Below, piece after piece: positions 1-8,392 of a stretch of 64,000 nt of DNA. Every line of letters begins with the position of its first letter. The stretch's first letter is position 1. The notes under the pieces are model-generated. The model was not told the DNA's origin. It did not search any database and worked only from the letters and a program-made list of their open reading frames with translations. Both the position numbers and the translations under genes were made by a program. This stretch comes from Gammaproteobacteria bacterium (GTDB lineage: Bacteria; Pseudomonadota; Gammaproteobacteria; UWMA-0217), in NCBI GenBank assembly GCA_026981985.1, contig JALSHZ010000121.1, positions 17,168-81,167 on the forward strand. Direction: 5' to 3'.

Positions 1-1804
1 GGCGTCCGCTGGCGGCATGCCGGATCTTGAAATCCGCATCGCGGGCGTCGAAGTCAGCGATGCAAAACTGCATTACACCGACCAGCAGGCGGGTACCTCG
101 ATCCGTATCGACCCCTTCAACCTGCGCACGGGTATCTTGGCATTGAACCAGCCGGTGCCAGTCGAGGCCGATCTCACGCTGTATCAGGATGATCTTACCG
201 TCAAGCTGGATCTTTCCGGCGACCTCACGGCCGACATCGACAATGGACGTTACCGTTTCAGCGACCTCAAGCTGGAACAGAGCGTGAGTGGGCCGGCGAT
301 TCCGGGAGGTGCCATCAGCGCAGTGAGCAGGCTGGAGGTCAAGGCTGACCTCGACAAGCAGACGCTCGACATTGATCCGTTGACTATCGAAGCGCTCGAT
401 CTGACGCTTGATGGCAAGGTCAATGTCCGCAAGTTGCTGGATGCGCCGGTTTACACGGGTGAGTTGCGCAGCAACGAATTCAGTCCACGGGCGTTGATGA
501 CCAAGCTGGGGATCGAACCACCGGCCACCAGTGATGCCAATGTGCTGGCAAAAGCCGCGCTCGGGTTTCGCTTCCAGGGGGACACGCAACAGTTCTCGCT
601 GCGTGAACTGGAGGCCTCCCTCGATGATTCCACGTTGCATGGAGAGTTCAGTGTTGCCGATTTTGCACGGCAAGCCCTACGCTTCAAACTGGTGCTCGAT
701 CAAATCGATGTTGACCGCTATCTGCCCCCGGTAGCCACGGCGACCCAGGCCGATATCACCGCTGGCAAGGCCGAGGCTGGTGCCTCCGATGTGATCGTGT
801 TGCCGCTCGACGTGCTGCGTCAGCTCGATCTTCAGGGCACGGCGACGGTGAAGAAGCTGATCGCCAGCAAGCTGCTGTTCGAGAATGCATCAGTGACGCT
901 GAAGGCGAACGGTGGACGTCTCGCCATCGCGCCGCTGTCGGCCGATCTCTACCAAGGACGGGCTGTCATCGACGCCAGCCTCGACGTGACCGCAGATATG
1001 CCAAAATATGCGGCCAAGGCCGATCTGTCCGGCGTGCGCTCCGAAGGTATTCTGGAAACGCTGTTTGGCGATCGTTACATCTCGGGCGCGGCGAATTTCA
1101 CTGCGAACGTACAGACATCGGGCAATACCGTCACTGGCCTGACCCGGCAGTTGGGTGGGAAGTTTGCCGCCAAGTTCACCGAGGGCACGATCAAGGGATC
1201 GAAGCTGTCGCGCAAGATTCACGAGGCGCAAAATGTCCTGCGCAAATTCGCGGGCAAGCCACCACTGACAGAAGACATTGATGATGACACCAAGTTCTCC
1301 TTGATGCAGCTCAGCGGCAAGATTCGCAATGGCGTCATCAGCAGTGACGACTTGCAGATTCTCGCGCCGATATTCCGCGCCAAGGGCAATGGTAAGGTCG
1401 ATCTGCCAGCGCAGACCATCGATTACACCTTATTGCTCGCTGCCGCTGGTGCCAGTGAAAAAGCGCAGAACTATCTGCCGATACGCATCACCGGCCCGTT
1501 CAGCGATCTGTCAATCAAGGTCAAGGCCGACAGGATGGCAAAAGCGCGCGCCAAGGCCGAACTCGACAAGAAAAAGGCCGAGCTGAAGGCAAAGCTCGAT
1601 GCTGAAAAACAGAAGCTCGAAGCACAGAAAGCAGCGAAAGAGGCGGAATTGAGAGCGCGTGCGGAAGCTGAAAAGGCGAAGTTGAAAGCGAAGGCTGATG
1701 CCGAAGCAGCCCGGGCAAGGGAGAAGTTGAAAGCCAAAGAAGATGCGCTCAAGGAAAAACTGGAAGACCAGCTTCAAGACAAGTTGAAGGGGCTGTTCAA
1801 ATAG
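1..1804 (+). CDS. AsmA-family outer-membrane assembly protein. The 5' end is cut by the window edge and the C-terminus is a K/A/E-rich coiled-coil tail.
   Basis: The ORF is open from the window start, with the first Met at 17, and ends at TAG 1802-1804. The beta-rich AsmA-like sequence and the asmA-mutY synteny support the call. The last 90 residues are a low-complexity KAKAELDKKKAELKAK-type repeat. Confidence 0.75.
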   Translation, partial: ASAGGMPDLEIRIAGVEVSDAKLHYTDQQAGTSIRIDPFNLRTGILALNQPVPVEADLTLYQDDLTVKLDLSGDLTADIDNGRYRFSDLKLEQSVSGPAIPGGAISAVSRLEVKADLDKQTLDIDPLTIEALDLTLDGKVNVRKLLDAPVYTGELRSNEFSPRALMTKLGIEPPATSDANVLAKAALGFRFQGDTQQFSLRELEASLDDSTLHGEFSVADFARQALRFKLVLDQIDVDRYLPPVATATQADITAGKAEAGASDVIVLPLDVLRQLDLQGTATVKKLIASKLLFENASVTLKANGGRLAIAPLSADLYQGRAVIDASLDVTADMPKYAAKADLSGVRSEGILETLFGDRYISGAANFTANVQTSGNTVTGLTRQLGGKFAAKFTEGTIKGSKLSRKIHEAQNVLRKFAGKPPLTEDIDDDTKFSLMQLSGKIRNGVISSDDLQILAPIFRAKGNGKVDLPAQTIDYTLLLAAAGASEKAQNYLPIRITGPFSDLSIKVKADRMAKARAKAELDKKKAELKAKLDAEKQKLEAQKAAKEAELRARAEAEKAKLKAKADAEAARAREKLKAKEDALKEKLEDQLQDKLKGLFK

Positions 1805-2871
1805 GCACCGACAGCTTCAGCAGCCGACTGCTGGCCTGGTTTGATCAGCATGGCCGCAAGCAACTGCCTTGGCAGGACAACCCGACACCCTACCGTGTCT
1901 GGGTGTCGGAGATCATGTTGCAACAAACCCAGGTTGCCACCGTCATTCCCTATTATCAGCGCTTCATGCAGCGCTTTCCCGATGTAGCATCGCTCGCCAA
2001 GGCCACGCAAGACAGCGTATTGGAGCTGTGGACAGGGTTGGGTTACTACGCCCGTGCCCGCAATCTGCACAAGGCGGCTCAGGCAGTGGTCAACGAGTAC
2101 GGCGGCGAGATGCCCTGTGATCAAGCGACGCTGGAGAACCTCCCCGGCATTGGCCGTTCCACCGCCGGCGCGATTCGGGCACTGGCCTGTGGCCAGCATG
2201 CCGTTATTCTCGATGGCAATGTGAAGCGTGTATTGACGCGCTATCATGCGGTGGATGGCTGGCCCGGCCACAGCAAGGTCGCAGCGCGTCTCTGGACGTT
2301 GGCAGCCCGCCACACACCGACCTCCCGCGTGGCGGACTATACCCAGGCGATCATGGATCTGGGTTCGATGGTCTGCACGCGCAGCCGACCCGCCTGTGCA
2401 GATTGCCCGCTGGCGTCGGCCTGTCGCGGCCTGAAGGTTGGCGATCCGCTGCGTTGGCCCAATCGCAAGCCGAAAACGCAGCAACCGCATCGCAGCGTAC
2501 ACCTGCTGCTGCTGCGCAATTCAGCTGATGAATTGTTGTTGCATAAGCGCCCGCCGACCGGTCTCTGGGGCGGGCTTTGGAGCCTGCCGGAAGTACAAAT
2601 GGGCAGTGACATCAGCGCATGGCTGCCCCGGCAACTGGGACTGGATGCGGTTGCCATTCAGTCTTGGCCGGCGTTTGATCATCAGTTTACCCATTTCCGT
2701 CTGACGATTGCGCCGTTGCTTGTGGATGTCGTTGAAAGTGCTGCCTCAGTACAGGAAATGGCGCCCGGTCTGATGCTCTGGTATAACACAGCCCAATCGG
2801 CGCCCGGGGGCTTTCCTGCCCCGGTGGTGAGGCTCTTGCGTCAGTACAGGGCTTACCAATCCGGGCGATAG
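1801..2871 (+). CDS. mutY: A/G-specific adenine DNA glycosylase MutY. The start codon is non-canonical or uncertain; the first canonical start is GTG at 1903.
   Basis: Identity to E. coli MutY over the full length is strong ([20 protein letters not shown], the HhH-GPD fold, the 4Cys cluster CX6CX2CX5C, and the NUDIX-like C-terminus). The homology starts at codon ATA 1801, which aligns with E. coli Met1. Confidence 0.85.
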   Translation: MGTDSFSSRLLAWFDQHGRKQLPWQDNPTPYRVWVSEIMLQQTQVATVIPYYQRFMQRFPDVASLAKATQDSVLELWTGLGYYARARNLHKAAQAVVNEYGGEMPCDQATLENLPGIGRSTAGAIRALACGQHAVILDGNVKRVLTRYHAVDGWPGHSKVAARLWTLAARHTPTSRVADYTQAIMDLGSMVCTRSRPACADCPLASACRGLKVGDPLRWPNRKPKTQQPHRSVHLLLLRNSADELLLHKRPPTGLWGGLWSLPEVQMGSDISAWLPRQLGLDAVAIQSWPAFDHQFTHFRLTIAPLLVDVVESAASVQEMAPGLMLWYNTAQSAPGGFPAPVVRLLRQYRAYQSGR

Positions 2872-2893
2872 ACAACTTTTGGAGCAAAACAAT

Positions 2894-3160
2894 ATGACAC
2901 GCATGGTGAACTGTGTACTTCTGAAGAAAGAAGCCGAAGGTCTCGATCGGCCAACCTACCCCGGTGAGCTGGGCAAGCGTATTTTCGACAACGTATCGAA
3001 GGAAGCCTGGCAGCAGTGGGTCAGACATCAAACCATGCTGTTGAACGAATACCGGCTTAGCCCGATCGACCCCAAGGCGAGAAAGTTCATCGAAGAAGAG
3101 ATGGAAAAGTTCTTCTTCGGCGACGGTTCCAAGGTTGATAACTGGACACCGCCTGCTTGA
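2894..3160 (+). CDS. yggX: Fe(2+)-trafficking and oxidative-damage protection protein YggX
   Basis: The product [42 protein letters not shown] matches YggX. It shows the conserved mutY-yggX linkage, with a GGAG ribosome-binding site at 2881. Confidence 0.9.
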   Translation: MTRMVNCVLLKKEAEGLDRPTYPGELGKRIFDNVSKEAWQQWVRHQTMLLNEYRLSPIDPKARKFIEEEMEKFFFGDGSKVDNWTPPA

Positions 3161-3231
3161 CCGGGCATTTCGTGTCACGTCGAGCTTGACGCGACACCTC
3201 AATGCAGTTTTAATAGCGCCCTCTTTTCGGC

Positions 3232-3307
3232 GGCCAGGTAGCTCAGTCGGTAGAGCAGGGGACTGAAAATCCCCGTGTCGGCAGTTCGATTCTGTCCCTG
3301 GCCACCA
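3232..3307 (+). tRNA. tRNA-Phe (anticodon GAA)
   Basis: A 76 nt cloverleaf: acceptor GGCCAGG/CCTGGCC, D arm GCTCAGTCGGTAGAGC, anticodon loop CTGAAAA, T arm GGCAG-TTCGATT-CTGTC, and an encoded CCA end. Confidence 0.95.
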
Positions 3308-3645
3308 TCCTATTTCCGCATCCCGCACCCTGTTGCGGGTCGCGTCCCAAGCATCGACACCGCAGGAATCGAACTGCCGCGGCAGGCTCGACTGCCTGCC
3401 CACCGGGCTCGCTACCTCTCGAATACCTACTCCTTGCCTCAGGACAACCGACCGGTTGAAGTGTAAGCGGTGGATCCAAGCAATATGTTGTGTCAGGCCT
3501 CCATCGGGGTGAGTTTCACTGGTTAGCCCCAGTTTTGGCGCTGAAACAAGCTGAACCGTAGGTATTCTTGACAAATATCTTTGACAGGAGATTTATTAGC
3601 GGTTTCTAATACGCGCTACGCATAACAATTCGAGGCCAATCGCTT

Positions 3646-4392
3646 ATGTCTACAGATACGAATTACATTCTAGAGAGGATTTCTCTACCCAAGCTGCCAC
3701 TATCGTTCAAGATTTTGTTCACCGGGTACATTCTTTCGGTGGGATTCGGTCTGTTGATGGCTGGCGTTCAGATCATGATGACCCATGGCATGGCGGACGG
3801 AAAAGTTGGCCTGTCGCTGGATGATATTGTCTATAGCTATTATGGCAACAAGGAAGGCACGAAGCTTGAGTCCAAGCTGAATGGTTCGATGAAGATGAAC
3901 GCGCCGGATGCCGAGCGCCTGACGCTGATCAAATGGGCCAGAGCGGGGGCTCCCAAGGAAGAATGGGCAACGACCATCGAGCCGATCGTGAAGAAGTACT
4001 GTGTGCTGTGTCATGTGCCTGGTGCGCCTATGGGCGACCTTGGAACGTACGAAAGCGTAAAGAAACATACCGAGTCTGATCATGGCGCGTCGTTTTCGTC
4101 ACTGACGCGGGTATCCCATATCCACTTGTTTGGTATCGGCTTCATCTTCTTCTTTATTGGCATGATCTTCATGCTGGCTGAAGGTATTGGTTGTTTCTGG
4201 AAGGCGGTGATTGTGCTGACGCCGTTCGTCTTTCTGATCATCGATATCCTGTCGTGGTGGCTGACAAAGCTGTCCCCGGGATTCGCCTGGCTCACCATCA
4301 TTGGCGGTATCGGTTACTCGATTGCGGCAACGATCATGCTCGCGGTGAGTTTGTGGCAGATGTGGATAACACCGCTGCGTAGAAAGGCGTAG
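3646..4392 (+). CDS. Hypothetical four-transmembrane-helix membrane protein with a CXXCH c-type heme-binding motif in its periplasmic loop. Low GC.
   Basis: A 248 aa ORF with four predicted transmembrane segments. The loop between TM1 and TM2 contains CVLCH. GC is about 45% against about 60% for the flanks. A Rho-independent terminator follows. Confidence 0.6.
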   Translation: MSTDTNYILERISLPKLPLSFKILFTGYILSVGFGLLMAGVQIMMTHGMADGKVGLSLDDIVYSYYGNKEGTKLESKLNGSMKMNAPDAERLTLIKWARAGAPKEEWATTIEPIVKKYCVLCHVPGAPMGDLGTYESVKKHTESDHGASFSSLTRVSHIHLFGIGFIFFFIGMIFMLAEGIGCFWKAVIVLTPFVFLIIDILSWWLTKLSPGFAWLTIIGGIGYSIAATIMLAVSLWQMWITPLRRKA

Positions 4393-4410
4393 CAGCCTCT
4401 GCCTCGTAGT

Positions 4411-4440
4411 AGAAAAACCCGGCCTCGGCCGGGTTTTTCT
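4411..4440 (+). terminator. Rho-independent terminator
   Basis: A GC-rich hairpin (aaaaacccggcc tc ggccggg) followed by TTTTT. Confidence 0.7.
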
Positions 4441-4513
4441 ATGGGCATCATGAATTTGCCACGGGTTTTGGGTATTCTCCCCGAACCATGAAAACTTTCT
4501 TGTTGCAACCTCG

Positions 4514-5209
4514 ATGATTGCCGAAGCGACCGCTGATGCAATGCAATTGTTGCTGACCGGTGATCCGGCGCTGTGGGAGATCATCATGATCTCCTTGAGC
4601 GTTTCCGGGCGGGCATTGTTCTTGTGTCTGCCCGCTGGTATCGCATTGGCCTTTTTGTTGTCCTATCTGGAGTTCCCCGGTCGGCGGTTGGTGGTGGTGA
4701 TGTTCCAGACACTGATGTCGATTCCCGCCGTGGTGATTGGCCTGACGGTCTACCTTCTACTGTCTCGACATGGTCCGTTTGGTGATCTCAAGCTGCTGTT
4801 TTCCCAGACGGCGATGGTGGTTGGGCAGATGATGCTGAGCTTTCCGATTATCGTCGCCTTGGGCTATGCTGCATTCCAGGCAGCTGGGCGTAGAGGCTGG
4901 GAAACGGCGAGGACATTGGGTGCTGGCAGGATAAGGGCTTTCTTCGCGTTATTGCATGAGGTGCGTTTTGGCCTGTTCGTGGCCTTTGCTGCTGCGTTTG
5001 GGCGCATCATTTCTGAAGTTGGTGTATCGATGATGGTCGGTGGTAACATCCTTGGCTACACGCGCAACATTCCAACGGCTATCGCGCTGGAGAGCAGCAA
5101 GGGCGAGTTCGCGCAGGGCATTGCACTGGGCTTTGTGCTGATGCTGATCGCGTTGGTTTTGAATATGTCGCTGCACTTTTTCCAGGGCCGTGAGCCCGTG
5201 ATCGTCTGA
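4514..5209 (+). CDS. ABC transporter permease of the ModB/TupB/CysTW type (tungstate or molybdate-like)
   Basis: Six transmembrane helices and an EAA-loop region (WETARTLGAGRIRAFF). The stop codon is 8 bp before the ATPase gene. Confidence 0.8.
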   Translation: MIAEATADAMQLLLTGDPALWEIIMISLSVSGRALFLCLPAGIALAFLLSYLEFPGRRLVVVMFQTLMSIPAVVIGLTVYLLLSRHGPFGDLKLLFSQTAMVVGQMMLSFPIIVALGYAAFQAAGRRGWETARTLGAGRIRAFFALLHEVRFGLFVAFAAAFGRIISEVGVSMMVGGNILGYTRNIPTAIALESSKGEFAQGIALGFVLMLIALVLNMSLHFFQGREPVIV

Positions 5210-5216
5210 GCATCCA

Positions 5217-5912
5217 ATGATTCGATTTGTCGAGATTTACAAGCGCTATGGCCGTCAGGAGATACTCTCGGATGTGTCGCTGGAGATCCATCCCGGCGAG
5301 TTCACATTGATTACAGGCGCTAATGGCTCAGGCAAGACTACGCTACTGCGAATCATTGCCGGGCTCGACCGGCCCGATCGTGCCGGGGTCATGCTGGTGG
5401 GCGAGATGCGCAGCTGGCGAAAATCGCGCAAGGCGCTGCGCAAGCGCTCTGTCTATCTGCATCAGCGGCCTTATCTTTTTTCCGGTACGGTGCTGGACAA
5501 CCTGCGTTTTGCACTGTCGGTCAATCGCATCAAGGGTAGAGACCGCCGCCGGCGTCTGGAGCGGGCGATTGACAACTTCTTTCTCGACAGCCTGCTGGAT
5601 CGCGAGGCACGCTCGCTATCGGGTGGTGAACAACAGCGCCTCGCGTTGGCACGGGCTTGCCTGACCGAGCCAGAGCTGCTCCTGCTCGATGAGCCAACAG
5701 CCAATATGGATGCCGCTTCGCGCGCACAGTTTATGTCGATGCTAATCCAGTCTGGCAACCGAAATCAGGCCATCGTGTTGGTCAGTCACGATATCGTTGG
5801 GCTCGACTTCCGCTACGACCATCACTTCGATCTTGATGATGGCAGGCTGCTGGATGTTACTCGCACGAAACCAGGCGAGCGTTCCCGTGTCAGCTTGACG
5901 CTGGTCAAGTGA
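5217..5912 (+). CDS. ABC transporter ATP-binding protein. It is short, with no TOBE domain, and is TupC-like.
   Basis: Walker A (GANGSGKTTLL), ABC signature (LSGGEQQRLALARA), and Walker B (LLLDEPT). Confidence 0.85.
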   Translation: MIRFVEIYKRYGRQEILSDVSLEIHPGEFTLITGANGSGKTTLLRIIAGLDRPDRAGVMLVGEMRSWRKSRKALRKRSVYLHQRPYLFSGTVLDNLRFALSVNRIKGRDRRRRLERAIDNFFLDSLLDREARSLSGGEQQRLALARACLTEPELLLLDEPTANMDAASRAQFMSMLIQSGNRNQAIVLVSHDIVGLDFRYDHHFDLDDGRLLDVTRTKPGERSRVSLTLVK

Positions 5913-6002
5913 TCAGTCGTGCCATGACTTGGCAACATCCGCTATCGCTATGCGGACAAGCAACTATTCCAATTCAGCCCCCAAACCAATGGAGTCACCG
6001 CT

Positions 6003-7274
6003 ATGACGAGCGAGGGTATCAAGCATCAGCCTTCTTGCGCTGATCCGGTCGATCTGAAAGCTCTGGATGTCGAGGACGCCAGGGCGCGCATCCTTGATCA
6101 GATCATTCCCGTCGATGGCTACGAAAAACTAGCGATTCGCTCCGCACTCCGGCGGGTTCTCGACGAAACAATCATCTCCCCCGTCAACGTCCCGTCCCAC
6201 CGCAATTCTGCAATGGATGGATTCGCTATCCGTGGCGACGAAATTCCAGCGGAAAATGAACAGGCGGAATTTACCTGCGTCGGTACCGCCTGGGCTGGCC
6301 ACCCTTTTGTTGGCGAGATAGCGGCAGGAGAGTGCATCCAGATCATGACCGGCGCGCCGCTACCCGATACCCTGGATACCGTGATCATGCAGGAGCAGGC
6401 GGAATACGATGGCAAGGTTGTCCGTATTGGCGGTAAGCATCGTGCTGGCCAAAATGTCCGCCAAGCAGGGGAGGATTTGGCCAAAGGTGGTGTCGTGTTC
6501 GAGCCAGGCCGTCGCTTGACGGCCGCCGACCTGGGTGTCATTGCATCGCTGGGTATCGGCGAGGTCGTCGTCCGACGTAAACCCGTTGTCGCATTCTTTT
6601 CCACCGGTGATGAACTGAGGTCCATTGGCGAACCCCTTGGCGAAGGCGAAATCTACGACAGCAACCGCTACACCTTGTACGGCATGCTGACGAATCTCGG
6701 CGTCGATATCCTCGACATGGGGGTCGTCGAGGACAATCCTGATGCAATGCGCGCAGCCTTCCACAGCGCCGCAGCCAACGCTGACGTGGTCATCACCAGC
6801 GGCGGGGTTTCCGTCGGTGAGGCCGACTACATCAAGCCGGTACTCGAAGAGCTGGGCGAGATCACCTTCTGGAAAATAAAAATGAAGCCGGGTCGCCCAC
6901 TGACCTTCGGTAAACTTGGTGACGCAACCTTCATGGGGTTGCCGGGAAACCCGGTGGCCGTCATGGTGACGTTTTACCAGTTTGTACTGCCAGCTTTACA
7001 GTACATGATGAGCGGGCAGCGGCCAGAACCGATGTTATTACAGGCTGTCGCAAAAACGGCGATTCGCAAGCGGCCTGGTCGTACCGAGTTTGCGCGCGGT
7101 CGATACAGTATTGATGATTCGGGCCTGCTGCACGTCGAAGTCACCGGTCAGCAAGGATCGGGTATTCTCACTTCGATGAGTTATGGCAACTGTTTTATTG
7201 TTCTTCCGCCGGAACAGGGATCAGTAGAACCTGGTGATGTCGTTACCGTCCAGCCATTTAATAGCATGATCTGA
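6003..7274 (+). CDS. moeA: Molybdopterin molybdenumtransferase MoeA
   Basis: MoeA N and C domains, with the GGVSVGEADY and GLPGNPVA motifs. Confidence 0.9.
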   Translation: MTSEGIKHQPSCADPVDLKALDVEDARARILDQIIPVDGYEKLAIRSALRRVLDETIISPVNVPSHRNSAMDGFAIRGDEIPAENEQAEFTCVGTAWAGHPFVGEIAAGECIQIMTGAPLPDTLDTVIMQEQAEYDGKVVRIGGKHRAGQNVRQAGEDLAKGGVVFEPGRRLTAADLGVIASLGIGEVVVRRKPVVAFFSTGDELRSIGEPLGEGEIYDSNRYTLYGMLTNLGVDILDMGVVEDNPDAMRAAFHSAAANADVVITSGGVSVGEADYIKPVLEELGEITFWKIKMKPGRPLTFGKLGDATFMGLPGNPVAVMVTFYQFVLPALQYMMSGQRPEPMLLQAVAKTAIRKRPGRTEFARGRYSIDDSGLLHVEVTGQQGSGILTSMSYGNCFIVLPPEQGSVEPGDVVTVQPFNSMI

Positions 7275-7434
7275 AAATATTTTTTATCACTCGCTCTCCT
7301 CACCGACAAGCAGCTGCTAATACTTTGCACTGCATCTACGGCTGTATCAGCGGAGTAATTACCAACAAGCAGGGAGTGCTCGTCAAATCCAGACTGGTGT
7401 TGGTTTTTTTATATGAGAGTGATGGAGAAAGATC

Positions 7435-7785
7435 ATGAAAATTTCACGTTTATTGGGTATCACCACCGCGGCTGTTTTATTGCCGCTGGCAAGTCTGAGT
7501 TTGGCGGAAATGCAGCCGGATTATGATTTTGGTGATGTGTATCAGCGTTCTGGTGCTGAAAATACATCATTAGCTTTTCAAGCGTACAATAGCGCCGCAA
7601 TATACCACGCAGCGCTTTGGGCGACTGATTTCGAGGCAACGGATTACCAGCCCGGTTGGGGCAATGGGTCTCTTGAACGTGCCGATATGGCATCGATGGA
7701 AGTCATTGGGGTGAGCCGTTACGGCGGACCCGTAGGCATCCCGGTTATCGACAGGATTATGGAGCCGTTCTCGGCTGACGATTAA
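7435..7785 (+). CDS. Hypothetical small secreted protein with a signal peptide
   Basis: The N-terminus MKISRLLGITTAAVLLPLASLSLA is followed by a hydrophilic domain. A GGAGA ribosome-binding site is present. GC is low. Confidence 0.5.
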   Translation: MKISRLLGITTAAVLLPLASLSLAEMQPDYDFGDVYQRSGAENTSLAFQAYNSAAIYHAALWATDFEATDYQPGWGNGSLERADMASMEVIGVSRYGGPVGIPVIDRIMEPFSADD

Positions 7786-7849
7786 TATGATTCCTTGCCC
7801 GGTGAAAAATCCGGGCAAGCCTGAAAGTAAAAATCTATTCTCTGCTTCA

Positions 7850-8392
7850 ATGCAACAAATAGAAAAATACGATATCCCATTGGTAGGATTTTGTGCCTAT
7901 AGTGGAACTGGGAAAACAACACTATTGAAGAACCTCATACCGTTGTTGCAGAACTGCGGTTTGCGCGTAGCTGTTATCAAGCATTCCCACCACGACTTCG
8001 AAATAGACTATCCGGGAAAAGATAGTTTTGAATTGCGCAAGGCGGGTGCCGAGCAAATACTGATCGCCTCGCAATATCGGATTGCACATATCACAGAGCT
8101 GAGAAATCTCGACGATGCTCCGCCGCTGGTGGAGTTGCTTCAGAGGCTGGATCGCTCGACGCTGGATCTTGTGCTGGTTGAAGGCTACCGCCATGAAAAA
8201 TTCCCGAAAATCGAGCTACATCGTCCGTCGCTGAATAAACCTCTTATTTTTCCTGCCGATCCGTCGGTTATTGCCATTGCCGTGGACGAACCGCTGGATC
8301 AGCCGACCAATGGCTTGCCGCTGCTCGATCTGAACAAGCCGGAAATAATCGCCGATTTTATTGCTGAGAATGTGATTGCCGCGACCTCCTGA
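7850..8392 (+). CDS. mobB: Molybdopterin-guanine dinucleotide biosynthesis adaptor MobB
   Basis: The P-loop AYSGTGKTTLLKNLIP and downstream IKHSHHDFEID match E. coli MobB. An alternative upstream start lies at 7787. Confidence 0.85.
   Translation: MQQIEKYDIPLVGFCAYSGTGKTTLLKNLIPLLQNCGLRVAVIKHSHHDFEIDYPGKDSFELRKAGAEQILIASQYRIAHITELRNLDDAPPLVELLQRLDRSTLDLVLVEGYRHEKFPKIELHRPSLNKPLIFPADPSVIAIAVDEPLDQPTNGLPLLDLNKPEIIADFIAENVIAATS

Noticed and set aside
3340-3400. A tRNA-like T-loop (GGCAGTTCGATTCC) on the minus strand after tRNA-Phe
   Set aside because: Only the T-arm 5' half and loop match. The 3' half of the stem does not pair (CCTGC against GGCAG) and there is no acceptor stem or anticodon arm. 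It is a partial inverted copy and not a gene, so it is reported as a finding instead.
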